Source: Spirochaetia bacterium (lineage in GTDB: Bacteria; Spirochaetota; Spirochaetia; SZUA-6; Bin103). Taken from it: a stretch of 64,000 nucleotides of DNA. How positions within the stretch are numbered: the stretch's first letter is position 1; each line of letters starts with the position of its first letter. The notes under the pieces are model-generated. The model was not told the origin of the DNA. It saw nothing but the letters and a program-made list of their open reading frames with translations, and made no database searches. Below are positions 49,176-58,883 of the stretch, in pieces. The stretch is taken from positions 576,001 through 640,000 of the forward strand of contig CBDATQ010000001.1 of the NCBI GenBank assembly GCA_965199955.1, given 5' to 3'. Position numbers and translations under genes: made by a program.

Positions 49176-50366
49176 TCAGCCGTCCCCCGCGGCGGCGTCG
49201 GCGCGGCGGCGCTGCTCGGCCGGCTCGGGAAGGAGGGCGAACGCCACGCCGCCGGCCAGGCCCAGCACGCCGACCGCCAGCGCGCTGCCGGCCAGGCTGA
49301 GCACGGCCGCCGCCACGCCGGCGACGGTCGGTCCCAGCACGCTGCCGATGTCGCTGATCAGCCGCCACAGCCCCAGGAATTGCCCGGAGCGGCCCGGAGG
49401 CGCCAGGTCGGCCCCGTAGGTCATGTTGATGCCGCTGCCCAGACCGTTGCCGACTGCGCCGATCAGGCCGACGGCCAGCAGCGCGGCGAACGACTGCGTC
49501 AGCGGCGTGGCTGCCAGCCCCACGGCGAGCAGCAGCGTTGCGGGGGCGGAGGCGAAGCGGCGGCCGAAGCGGTCCATGACCACGCCGGCCGGCAGGAACA
49601 TCACGATCTCCATGCCCGCGGTCAGTCCTGCCACCAAACCGATCTGCACCACGTCGAGGCCGATGTAGGCGGCCCACAGCGGCACTATCACCCGCCTGGA
49701 GGCGCGCAGCACGGACAGCGCGACCATGGCCGCGCCGGCCGTCGTCAGGATGCGCCGGCCGCTGCGCAGCTCCCGCCAGAGGCCGCCGATGGCGCCGCCG
49801 CTCCGGCCGGCCGCCGGGGCGATCCCCTGCGGGGGGAAGGAGGGCATCAGGCGCACCATCAGCGCGGACGCGGCGAGCGCCAGCACGACCGGGACCACGA
49901 AGATCGCCTGCAGGCCGAAGCGGTCGCCGATGAAGCCGCCGGCGATCGGTCCGATCAGGCTGCCGATGCGGGTGACGCCGCCGGTGGTGGCCAGCGCGCG
50001 GCCCCGCAGTTGCGGCGATGCGGCGCGGCTCATCCAGGCCAGGCGCGCCAGCATCCACGCGCCGTGGCAGGCGCCGATGCCCAGCAGCAGCGCCCCGAAC
50101 GCCGGTGCTGCGTCGACCAGGGCGATGCCCGCGCAGCAGCCGGCCAGCGCCACGCCGGCCGAAGCCTGCAGCCGCTTCTCGCCGAAGCGCGCGCACGCCA
50201 GGCCGATCGGCACGGCGATGACCATGCCGCCCAGGCCGTGCAGGGCAAAGGCGGCGCCCGCGCCCGCGAACCCCGCGCCCAACTCCACCGCCAGCAGCGG
50301 GATGAACGGGAAGACCGCGGCGACGCCGGCCGACTCCAGCAGCACCGGCAGGAACACCGGCAGCAT
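49176..50366 (-). CDS. MFS transporter (start uncertain)
   Basis: About 12 hydrophobic segments; GLACARFGEK and MDRFGRR motifs. Confidence 0.88.
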   Translation of the reverse strand: MLPVFLPVLLESAGVAAVFPFIPLLAVELGAGFAGAGAAFALHGLGGMVIAVPIGLACARFGEKRLQASAGVALAGCCAGIALVDAAPAFGALLLGIGACHGAWMLARLAWMSRAASPQLRGRALATTGGVTRIGSLIGPIAGGFIGDRFGLQAIFVVPVVLALAASALMVRLMPSFPPQGIAPAAGRSGGAIGGLWRELRSGRRILTTAGAAMVALSVLRASRRVIVPLWAAYIGLDVVQIGLVAGLTAGMEIVMFLPAGVVMDRFGRRFASAPATLLLAVGLAATPLTQSFAALLAVGLIGAVGNGLGSGINMTYGADLAPPGRSGQFLGLWRLISDIGSVLGPTVAGVAAAVLSLAGSALAVGVLGLAGGVAFALLPEPAEQRRRADAAAGDG

Positions 50367-50434
50367 CAGCCCGCGCAGGGTGGCGGAGCCGGGAACGGCT
50401 TGACCGCCGGGAGCGGCCTGCGCGCGGTCGCGGC

Positions 50435-51787
50435 TCAGCGGAGGACCTCGTCCGCCTTCATCTGCCGGAGGGCATCCTCCACCGCCGCGACGGTGTGGTC
50501 GATCTGCGCGTCGGTGTGGACGGCGCTGACGATGAACGCTCCGCCGATCGCGTCGACGCCGCGGTTGAGCAGCGCCCGCTTGAACGGCTCGCTGTAGCGC
50601 GGCTCGCGCCCCTCGGCGACCACTTCCCGCGGCGCGGTGCAGAGCTCCGGGTCGCCGTCGTGGGTGGTGCCGAACACGATCCAGATCATCGAGGCGCGCT
50701 GGTGGCAGAAGCAGGTCACGTCCGCGACGGCGATCGCGCGGTCGATGCCCTGCCGCAGGCGGCGGGCGGCCCGCTCGGCTGCTTCGTTGGCGGTGCCGTC
50801 GGCGATGAGCTCCAGGCAGCGCGTGCCGGCCGCGGCGCTCAGGGGGTTGGCGTTGAAGGTGCCGGGATGGCCGATGCGCCGGCGCGCGTCCACGTCGGGC
50901 GGGAACGACATGATGTTGAGCAGGTCGGTGCGTCCGCCGACCGCGCCGCCGGGCAGGCCGCCGGCCAGAATCTTGGCCAGCGTGGTCAGGTCGGGCCGGA
51001 CGCCGTAGCGCTCCTGGGCACCGCCCCTGGAGACGCGGAAGCCGGTGACGACCTCGTCGAAGATGAGGAGCACGTCCCGCCGCGCGGTGATTTCGCGCAG
51101 TTGGCGCAGGAAGTCCGGGTGCACGCCGTAGTAGCCCATGGCGCCGCCGGTGGGCTCCAGCATCACGGCGGCGACGTCGCCCGCCGCAAGCGTGTCGTCG
51201 ACCGCGCCCGGATCGGCCTCCGGCAGCACGGTGACCGTGGCGCGGGTCGCGTCCGGGATGCCGGTCGCCGGGTAGCGGCCGGAGCCGCCGGCGACGTAGT
51301 CGTGCCAGCCGTGGAAGTGGTCGGCGAAGGTGACGATGCGTTCGCGGCCGGTGCAGCCGCGGGCGATGCGAATCGCCATCATCGACGCCTCGGTGCCGGA
51401 GCTGTGGAAGCGGATGCGCTCGACCGACGGCATCAGCGCCCGCACCGCGCGCGCCCAGGCGATCTCCTGCTCGGTGTTGGCGCCGAGCTGCGTGCCGTGC
51501 GGGAGCTGGGCGGTGGCGGCGGCGACCAGTTCCGGGTGGCTGTGGCCGAGCAGCAGCGCGCCGTGACCCATCACGTAGTCGACGTACTCGTGGCCGTCGA
51601 CGTCCCACTTGCTGGCGCCGTGGGCGCGGGTCATGAAGACCGGGAAGGGCAGCAGGCGGCGCACGTCGTGGGTGGCGCCGCCGGGGAACACGTCGAGCGC
51701 GTCCCGGAAGAGCTCCGCTGAGCGGGGATGGAGCGCGATGTATTCGCGCGTGATCGAGTCGGATGCGGTGAGCGTCTGGCTGGCCAT
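50435..51787 (-). CDS. Class III aminotransferase (glutamate-1-semialdehyde mutase-like)
   Basis: WDVDGHEYVDY, SGTEA, IFDEVVTGFR, AKILAGGLPGG and GTFNANP motifs. Confidence 0.92.
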   Translation of the reverse strand: MASQTLTASDSITREYIALHPRSAELFRDALDVFPGGATHDVRRLLPFPVFMTRAHGASKWDVDGHEYVDYVMGHGALLLGHSHPELVAAATAQLPHGTQLGANTEQEIAWARAVRALMPSVERIRFHSSGTEASMMAIRIARGCTGRERIVTFADHFHGWHDYVAGGSGRYPATGIPDATRATVTVLPEADPGAVDDTLAAGDVAAVMLEPTGGAMGYYGVHPDFLRQLREITARRDVLLIFDEVVTGFRVSRGGAQERYGVRPDLTTLAKILAGGLPGGAVGGRTDLLNIMSFPPDVDARRRIGHPGTFNANPLSAAAGTRCLELIADGTANEAAERAARRLRQGIDRAIAVADVTCFCHQRASMIWIVFGTTHDGDPELCTAPREVVAEGREPRYSEPFKRALLNRGVDAIGGAFIVSAVHTDAQIDHTVAAVEDALRQMKADEVLR

Positions 51788-51959
51788 GGTCAGGACGTTA
51801 GGCCGATCTGCCTTGGCCGTAAACGCGCCGGCCACGGACAAGTCATCTGCGCCTCAAACTGGTCGAGTTGGCGGAGCGCCTGGCCCGCGCGCCCGGTTGT
51901 CTCTGCGCATTTCGCACGCCCGACGACTGAGGCGATCCTGCTGGCGCTGACGGCCTTGA

Positions 51960-53519
51960 CTACTTGCGCGCCAGCACGTGGCCGGGAAGGGCGCCGGTGG
52001 GGGTGCCGTCGGCGATGATCGGGCGGCCGTTGACCAGCACCCAGCGCATGCCGACCGCTTCCCGGCGCGGCTCTTCCCACGTTGAGCGGGCGGCCACCGT
52101 ATCGGCGTCGAACACCGCCACGTCGGCCGCCGCGCCCACCCGGATCACGCCCCGGTCGGGGACGCGGAAGCGCTCGGCCGGAAACCCGGCCATCTTGTAG
52201 ACCGCCTCCGGCAGGCTCAGCAGGCCGCGGTCGCGGACGAACTCGCCCAGCACGCGGGCGAAGCAGCCGAAGCTGCGCGGGTGCGGGTGGGGGACGTCGT
52301 AGACGCCGTCACTGGCGACCATCATGCGCCGGTGCACGGCGGTCGCCGCGATCACCGGCTCGTGCTCCTCCACCGGCGTCTGCCAGGGGAAGACCATGGT
52401 CACCGCTCCCTCCTCCTCCATGACGAGGTCGAACGCGAACTCCTCGATCGGCTTTCCGGCCGCCGCCGCGAGGTCGGTCGTGCGCTCGCCCACGTGGCGG
52501 CCGGAGCGGCTGTAGCCGACGATCTGATCGCCGCGCCCCAGGTACTTGGCCAGCCCCGCCACCGCGATGTCTCGTACGCCGGGCTGCCGCAACCGCTCGA
52601 CCATCGCCGGCCAGCCGCCGGGTTGCAGGTGGATGGGCAGCGCCATCTCAAGGTGGGTCATGCCGGCCGGGTAGAGATAGGACTCGAACGACAGGTCCAC
52701 CCCCTCGCGGTCCACCTGTTCCAGGGCCGCGCCCGAGTCCGCGTCGACGCGCTCGTGGCTGACATGCACCGGGCACCCCGAGGCCTTGGCCAGCTCGATC
52801 GTCTCCCGCCACGCGACCGGGCGGCCCAGGTGCGAGTAGCGCTGGTGGGCGGCGTAGATGCCGCCGTGCTCGGCGGTGACCCGGCACAGGCGCACCAGCT
52901 CGTCGAAGCTGGCGTTGGCGCTCGGCTGGTAGTCCAGACCCAGGCAGAGCGCGCCGGCGCCGGCTTCCATCCACTCGCGGGTGCCGTCCTCCATCGCCTG
53001 CAGCTCGTCCGGGGTGGCGTGGCGGGCGTCCCATCCCATGGCCCGCAGGCGCACGGCGCAGTGCGGGACCTGCGGGAACACGTTCAGCGGCGTCGTGCCG
53101 GCGAAGCGGTTCAGGTAGGATTCGATGGTCGGCCAGCGCGCCTCCAGCTCCGAGCCGCCGTACAGGGTCGCGGTGTAGGCGAACAGCTCCTCGCACTGCG
53201 GCGAGTCGAGCGGCGCCCAGCCGAAGCCGTCCGGGTGCAGCAGGTTGGTGGTGATCCCCTGCCGGGCGCCCACCAGGCTGTCGTGGCCGGCGAGCAGCGC
53301 CAGTTCCGAGTGCACGTGCACGTCGATGAACCCTGGGGTGACCGTGAGCCCGGTGGCGTCGACGGTGGTGTCCGCCGTGGCGGAGCCGAGGTCGCCGATG
53401 GCCGCGATCGAGTCGCCCTGCAGGCCGACGTCCGCCCGGTAGGCAGGGCCGCCGGTGCCGTCGACGATGGTGCCGCCGGTGATGAGCACGGAGAAGGTCG
53501 GAGCGGTATTCAGGCCCAT
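51960..53519 (-). CDS. N-acyl-D-amino acid deacylase / amidohydrolase
   Basis: VDGTG, PGFIDVHVH, ASDG, PHPRSFG and ADVAVFD motifs. Confidence 0.92.
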   Translation of the reverse strand: MGLNTAPTFSVLITGGTIVDGTGGPAYRADVGLQGDSIAAIGDLGSATADTTVDATGLTVTPGFIDVHVHSELALLAGHDSLVGARQGITTNLLHPDGFGWAPLDSPQCEELFAYTATLYGGSELEARWPTIESYLNRFAGTTPLNVFPQVPHCAVRLRAMGWDARHATPDELQAMEDGTREWMEAGAGALCLGLDYQPSANASFDELVRLCRVTAEHGGIYAAHQRYSHLGRPVAWRETIELAKASGCPVHVSHERVDADSGAALEQVDREGVDLSFESYLYPAGMTHLEMALPIHLQPGGWPAMVERLRQPGVRDIAVAGLAKYLGRGDQIVGYSRSGRHVGERTTDLAAAAGKPIEEFAFDLVMEEEGAVTMVFPWQTPVEEHEPVIAATAVHRRMMVASDGVYDVPHPHPRSFGCFARVLGEFVRDRGLLSLPEAVYKMAGFPAERFRVPDRGVIRVGAAADVAVFDADTVAARSTWEEPRREAVGMRWVLVNGRPIIADGTPTGALPGHVLARK

Positions 53520-53530
53520 GCTCGGGGACT

Positions 53531-53665
53531 ATGAGTCCGCCGGGAGGGGCGCGCAAGCGGCCCGAGCGTCGGAGTCATAGTCGAGGTTGGGGCTGGGGGC
53601 GGACGGAGGCCGGGACGGCCTCGGTCTGCCGGCGATGAGTCCGCCGGGAGGGGCGCGCAAGCGGC
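53531..53665. repeat. Perfect 31-bp direct repeat (53531-53561, 53635-53665) overlapping a minus-strand promoter
   Basis: ATGAGTCCGCCGGGAGGGGCGCGCAAGCGGC twice; on the minus strand copy 1 reads TTGCGC-N17-CATAGT. Confidence 0.85.
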
Positions 53666-53728
53666 ACGAAAGGCCGTGCCCGTGCTACGGTGACACCGCC
53701 CGCGCCCATCCGGCTCCATCCGCTACCC

Positions 53729-54442
53729 ATGTCCCCACTTCCCCGCGCCATGCTGATCGACCTGGACGACACCCTGCTGGCCTCCACCGAGGCCGGCCGG
53801 CACGCCATGGAGGTCATCACTCGGCAGATCGCCGACGACATCGCGGTGCCCCTGGCTCAGGTGAGCCAGGCGATCGCCGAGGCCTCCACCTGGTTCTGGT
53901 CGGACGAGGAGCGCCGCGCGCACGCGCGCCTGGACCAGGCGGGTGCACGTGCGCGCATCGTCGAGCGCGCCCTGGAGTTGCTGCGGTGCACGGTACCCGT
54001 CGACGCGGAGGCGCTGGGCATCCGCTGCGTGGCAGAACGCCTTCGAGTCCTGGAGCCGATCCCCGGCGCCATGGAGACCGTCGCCGAGTTGCGCCGCCGC
54101 GGCGTGCGGCTGGCGCTGGTCACCAACGGCGGCGCGGCCGACCAGCGCGCCAAGATCGACCGGCACGCCGTCGACCGCCGGTTCGACGCGGTGCTGGTGG
54201 AAGGCGAGGTGGGCTTCGGCAAGCCCGACCCGCGCATATTCCGGCTCGCGCTCCAGCGGCTGGAAGTGCCCGCCGCCGACGCGTGGATGGTCGGCGACGA
54301 CCTGCCCTGGGACATCGCGGGCGCGCAGGCGGTGGGCATCCACGGGGTGTGGGCGCGAGACCACGCCGCGACGGGCGCCGCGGGCGACGGAACGATGCGG
54401 CCCGACCGCACCGTGGGGACGATCGCGGAGCTGTTGGCCTGA
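53729..54442 (+). CDS. HAD family hydrolase
   Basis: DLDDTLL, VTNG, KPDPRIF and MVGDD motifs. Confidence 0.92.
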   Translation: MSPLPRAMLIDLDDTLLASTEAGRHAMEVITRQIADDIAVPLAQVSQAIAEASTWFWSDEERRAHARLDQAGARARIVERALELLRCTVPVDAEALGIRCVAERLRVLEPIPGAMETVAELRRRGVRLALVTNGGAADQRAKIDRHAVDRRFDAVLVEGEVGFGKPDPRIFRLALQRLEVPAADAWMVGDDLPWDIAGAQAVGIHGVWARDHAATGAAGDGTMRPDRTVGTIAELLA

Positions 54443-54471
54443 GCCGCGCCGCCGTCGCTACCTTGGAGGCG

Positions 54472-54918
54472 ATGGCCACGCGGCTGCCGGTTCCCCCTCG
54501 CCTGCAACCGGTCGATCAGCGCCTGATCGCCTGGATGGACCGCCACGGTGTGCGCCTGCTGCGCGTGACCATCGGCGTGGTGTTCATCTGGTTCGGGGCG
54601 CTGAAGCTCTTCCCCGGCGCCAGCCCCGCGGCCGGCCTGATCATGTCGACCTATCCGTTCCTGCCCGCCGGTCTGTTCCTGCCGTTCCTGGGCTGCTGGG
54701 AGATGGCCATAGGCACAGGCTACGTTACCGGGCGCCTGCTGCGCGTCACGGTGGCGCTGATGTACGCGCAGATGCTGGGGGCGATGTCGCCGATCGTGCT
54801 CAATCCGGAAGCCGTGTTCGTCGCGGCGCCGTTCGTGCTGACCCTGGAAGGCCAGTACATCGTCAAGAACCTGGTCCTGCTGGCCGCCGCCATCGTCATC
54901 GGCGCCAAGGTGCGTTGA
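54472..54918 (+). CDS. DoxX/DUF417-like membrane protein
   Basis: GVVFIWFGALK and EGQYIVKNLVL motifs; GGAGG RBS. Confidence 0.85.
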   Translation: MATRLPVPPRLQPVDQRLIAWMDRHGVRLLRVTIGVVFIWFGALKLFPGASPAAGLIMSTYPFLPAGLFLPFLGCWEMAIGTGYVTGRLLRVTVALMYAQMLGAMSPIVLNPEAVFVAAPFVLTLEGQYIVKNLVLLAAAIVIGAKVR

Positions 54919-54978
54919 CCGCGAGCCGGCCGAGGTAGCCGGGAGGATCGCGCCCTCACTATCTTTCCCGGCGATCCC

Positions 54979-55977
54979 ATGGTCGAGGTCACGGCACTGG
55001 GCAAGTCGTACGGGTCAGTGCGCGCGCTCGACGGCGTGCGCTTCTCCATCGCCGCGGGGGAGATCGTCGGTCTGCTGGGCCCCAACGGCGCCGGCAAGAC
55101 CTCGGTACTGAAGATCCTGACCGGCTATCTGCAGCCCGATCACGGCACGGTCACCGTGGACGGCCTGGACGTGCTCACCGACACCCTGGCGGTGCAGGAG
55201 CGGATCGGCTACCTGCCGGAGAACGCGCCCCTCTACCCGGAGCTGACCGTGCAGTCGTACCTGCGCCACATCGCCGAGCTGCGGCGCCTGTCCCCGGAGG
55301 AGGGGCGGGCGCGCATCATGACCGCGCTCGCGGAGACCGGGCTGGCCGACCAGATGACGCGGCCGATCGGGGAGCTCAGCAAGGGCTGCCGGCAGCGGGT
55401 CGGGCTGGCTCAGGCGATCCTCCACCAGCCGAAGCTGCTGATCCTGGACGAGCCGAGCGTGGGCCTGGACCCGACGCAGATCGTGCAGATCCGCAGGCTC
55501 ATCCGCGCGCTGGCCCGGCAGAGCACGGTGCTGTTCTCCACCCACATCCTGAGCGAGGTGGAGGCGCTCTGCGACCGCGCCGTGATCATCATGCAGGGCC
55601 GCATCCGCGCCGACGCCGACCTGGAGACGCTGGCCGCCGGCACCGCGGTGCTGCTCACCCTGGCCGGCGAGGTGCCGGCGGCGCGCAAGCGGCTGCAGGC
55701 CCTGCCGGGCGTGTCGGCGGTGGAGCGCGAGCGCGACCAGCGAGTCATCCGCTACCGGATCACGGCCGCAGTGCCGGTGGAGGATCTGGGCCGCAGCGTG
55801 TTCGACGCGGCTGCCGCCGGCGGGTGGCCGGTGAGCGAGCTGCGCCAGGAGCGGCGCACGCTGGAGACGGTGTTCGACGCGTTGGCGCGTGACGCTGCCG
55901 CGGGCGCCGACGACGCTGGCGCCGAGCCGGCCGAGGACGCGGGAGCAGGCGCCGCTGCCGGGGAGGTGGCCAAATGA
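54979..55977 (+). CDS. ABC transporter ATP-binding protein (GldA-like)
   Basis: GPNGAGKT, LSKG, LDEP and STH motifs. Confidence 0.93.
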   Translation: MVEVTALGKSYGSVRALDGVRFSIAAGEIVGLLGPNGAGKTSVLKILTGYLQPDHGTVTVDGLDVLTDTLAVQERIGYLPENAPLYPELTVQSYLRHIAELRRLSPEEGRARIMTALAETGLADQMTRPIGELSKGCRQRVGLAQAILHQPKLLILDEPSVGLDPTQIVQIRRLIRALARQSTVLFSTHILSEVEALCDRAVIIMQGRIRADADLETLAAGTAVLLTLAGEVPAARKRLQALPGVSAVERERDQRVIRYRITAAVPVEDLGRSVFDAAAAGGWPVSELRQERRTLETVFDALARDAAAGADDAGAEPAEDAGAGAAAGEVAK

Positions 55978-58883
55978 GCGAAGCGAACCTCACTCGAAGA
56001 GTGACGCCTGCCCTGTCGGTCGCGCGCAAGGAGGTGCTGAGCTACTTCAGCTCGCCGCTGGCCTTCATCGCCGTGGGGGCCTTCCTGGCGGCGACCTTGT
56101 TCACGTTCTTCTGGGTGGAGGCGTTCTTCGCGCGCGGCATCGCCGACGTGCGTCCGCTGTTCGCCTGGATGCCGCTGCTGGTAATGCTGCTGGTGGCGGC
56201 GCTGGGCATGCGCCAATGGAGCGAGGAGCAGCGCTCCGGGACGCTGGAGATCCTGCTCACCCTGCCGGTGCGGCCGATCGCGCTGGTGATGGGAAAGTTC
56301 CTGGCGATCGAGGTGCTGGTGGCCACGGCGCTGCTGCTGACCCTGCCGCTGCCGCTGACCGTCGCGTTGCTCGGCGACCTGGACCCGGGGCCAGTGATCG
56401 GCGGCTACCTGGCGTCGCTGCTGATGGCGGGCGCGTACGCCGCGCTCGCCCTGTTCCTGTCGTCGCGCACCGCCAACCAGATCGTCGCCTTCATCTCCAC
56501 CGCCGTGGTGGGCGGCGCGCTCTACCTGGTGGGTACGCCGGGGGTCACCGACTTCGCCGGCGGCGCCGGCAACCTGCTGCGGCAGATCGGCACCGGCAGC
56601 CGCTTCGCCTCGATCGAGCGCGGCGTCCTGGACCTCCGCGACCTGGTCTACTACCTGTCGCTCACCGCCGGCTTCCTGGCCGCCGGCGTGCTGGCGCTGG
56701 ACGCCAAGCGGTGGAGCCGCGGGGCCGTGACGGCGCGCTACCGCCGGCGCGCGCTGGCGGCCGCCGCGCTGGCGGCCGCCAACCTGATCCTGCTCAACGT
56801 GTGGCTGGGGCCGTTCGCGCGCCTGCGCGTCGACCTCACCGCCGAACGCGCCTACTCGCTGTCGCCGGCGACGGTCTCGCTGCTGCAGGGTCTGCCCGAG
56901 CCGCTCGCGATCCGCGCCTACCTGAGCGAGCGCACCCATCCGCTGCTGGCGCCGCTGACTCCGCAGATCGGCGACCTGCTGGAGGAGTACCGCATCGCCG
57001 GCCGCGGCACGGTCACCGCCGAGGTGATCGACCCGGGCGGCGACCCGGAGGCCGAAGAGGAGGCCGTGCAGGCCTACAACATCCGGCCCACTCCCTTCCA
57101 GGTCGAGGACCGATTCGAGCAGGGCATCGTCAACTCCTACTTCGACGTGGTGGTCAGCTACGGCGACCAGTACGAGGTGCTGGGGTTCGGCGACCTGATC
57201 CGCATCGACCGCGGACGCGACGGCATCACCGAGGTGCGCCTGCGCAACTTCGAGTACGACCTGACCCGCGCCATCAAGAAGGCGTCGTCCGGGTTCCGGA
57301 GCGTCGATTCGCTGTTCGCGGCGCTGCGCGACCCCGTGGAGCTGGCGCTGTACGTGACGCCCGACACGCTGCCGGCGGACCTGGACGAGCCGCGCTCGGT
57401 GGTGGCCGAGGCCGCCGCCGCGCTGGCCGACCGGTCGGGCGGGGCGCTGGTGTTCCGGGAGATCGACCCCGGTCCCGAGGGGGCCGAGGGCCGCCGGGAG
57501 CTGGCCGAACGGTACGGCTTGCAGCCGATCGCGGTATCGCTGTTCTCGACCGAGACCTACTACTTCGACCTGATCCTGGAGTCGGCCGGCCAGGCGTTCA
57601 TCGTCCGGCCGGAGGACGAGTACAGCCCGGCGTCGGTCACCGCCGCGGTCGAGGCGGCGCTGAAGCGCGTCGCTCCGGGGTTCCTGCGCACCGTCGGCGT
57701 GCGCCTGCCGCCCGCGGGGCCCACGCAGGATCCCTTCGGGAGGCCGCAGCAGCCGTTCGCGTCCTGGCAGCTCCTGCAGCAGCAGCTCTCCGACGACTAC
57801 GCCGTGCAGCGTGTGGATCTGAGCCGGGGTGAGGTGCCCGCGCAGGTCGACGCGCTGCTGGTTGTGGCGCCGCAGGCGCTCCGCGACCGCGAGCGGTTCG
57901 CCGTCGACCAGTACCTGATGCGCGGCGGCGCGCTGCTGGTGGCCGCGGGCAGCTACCGCGCCGCCGCCGACGCGCTCGGCGAGGGCATCTCGCTGAACCG
58001 CGCCGGCGAGGGGATGGCGGCGCTGCTCGATGCCTACGGCGTGAGCGTCGCTCCCCGCGTGGTCATGGACCCGCAGAACGAGTCGTTTCCGACCACCGTA
58101 CGGAGCGGCTCGGTCCTGCAGATCCGCCCGATCGACTACCCGTACTTCGTCGACGTGCGCCGCGACGGCATGTCGCGCACCCACCCGATCACCTCCTCCC
58201 TGGAGGCGGTGACTCTCAACTGGGCGTCGCCACTGGCCGTGGACGGCGCGCTGGCCGCCGGCCGCCAGGTGGAAGTGCTGCTGCACTCGACGGCCGAGGC
58301 GTGGACCACGGGGGAGCCGGCCACGCAGCCGGACTTCGGGCGCTACCCGGACGCGGGCTTCGCGCAAGGCGACGACCGCCAGGAGTGGCCGCTGGCGGTG
58401 GCGGTCACCGGGCGCTTCCGGAGCGCGTTCGCCGAATCGGGTCCGCCACCGGCGGACGGGACGGACGGCGATGCTGCCGGCCGGCGATCGACGATCGATG
58501 CATCGCCGGAGGACACCCGCCTGGTGGTGTTCGGCTCGGGCGAGTTCCTCAACGACACGATCATGAGCCTGTCGGCGAGCCTGCATGGCGAGCGCTACCT
58601 GAACAGCCTGCAGGCGCTGCAGAACGCCGTGGACTGGGCCGTGGAGGACCTGGCCCTGCTGGGCATCCGTTCCGAGGGAGCGGTGCCCCGGCTGTTGCTG
58701 CCCATCGACGATTCGGCGCGGCGCGCCTGGGAGTTGATCAACTACATGGTCGTGGCGCTGCTGCTCGGCGCGGTGGGCGCGGTGTGGTGGATGCGCCGGC
58801 GCGGCGAGCGGGCGATGTACGGTCCGGCTGCAGGCGTCGGCGGCCCGGATGAGCAGGCGCCCGCGGGGGAGGGTGGTCCGTGA
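55974..58883 (+). CDS. Fused ABC-2 permease and GldG-like domain
   Basis: KEVLSYFSSP, SEEQRSGTLEILLT, RVDLT...YSLS and NAVDW motifs. Confidence 0.88.
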   Translation: MSEANLTRRVTPALSVARKEVLSYFSSPLAFIAVGAFLAATLFTFFWVEAFFARGIADVRPLFAWMPLLVMLLVAALGMRQWSEEQRSGTLEILLTLPVRPIALVMGKFLAIEVLVATALLLTLPLPLTVALLGDLDPGPVIGGYLASLLMAGAYAALALFLSSRTANQIVAFISTAVVGGALYLVGTPGVTDFAGGAGNLLRQIGTGSRFASIERGVLDLRDLVYYLSLTAGFLAAGVLALDAKRWSRGAVTARYRRRALAAAALAAANLILLNVWLGPFARLRVDLTAERAYSLSPATVSLLQGLPEPLAIRAYLSERTHPLLAPLTPQIGDLLEEYRIAGRGTVTAEVIDPGGDPEAEEEAVQAYNIRPTPFQVEDRFEQGIVNSYFDVVVSYGDQYEVLGFGDLIRIDRGRDGITEVRLRNFEYDLTRAIKKASSGFRSVDSLFAALRDPVELALYVTPDTLPADLDEPRSVVAEAAAALADRSGGALVFREIDPGPEGAEGRRELAERYGLQPIAVSLFSTETYYFDLILESAGQAFIVRPEDEYSPASVTAAVEAALKRVAPGFLRTVGVRLPPAGPTQDPFGRPQQPFASWQLLQQQLSDDYAVQRVDLSRGEVPAQVDALLVVAPQALRDRERFAVDQYLMRGGALLVAAGSYRAAADALGEGISLNRAGEGMAALLDAYGVSVAPRVVMDPQNESFPTTVRSGSVLQIRPIDYPYFVDVRRDGMSRTHPITSSLEAVTLNWASPLAVDGALAAGRQVEVLLHSTAEAWTTGEPATQPDFGRYPDAGFAQGDDRQEWPLAVAVTGRFRSAFAESGPPPADGTDGDAAGRRSTIDASPEDTRLVVFGSGEFLNDTIMSLSASLHGERYLNSLQALQNAVDWAVEDLALLGIRSEGAVPRLLLPIDDSARRAWELINYMVVALLLGAVGAVWWMRRRGERAMYGPAAGVGGPDEQAPAGEGGP

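Noticed and set aside
49176..51608. 810-aa ORF suggesting a fusion to the MFS transporter
   Set aside because: The N-terminal half is an alternate frame of the aminotransferase gene
55752..58586. Very long antisense ORFs (also 7495-9753, 14843-17101, 29996-31774)
   Set aside because: Shadow frames of real genes in high-GC DNA; no recognisable motifs
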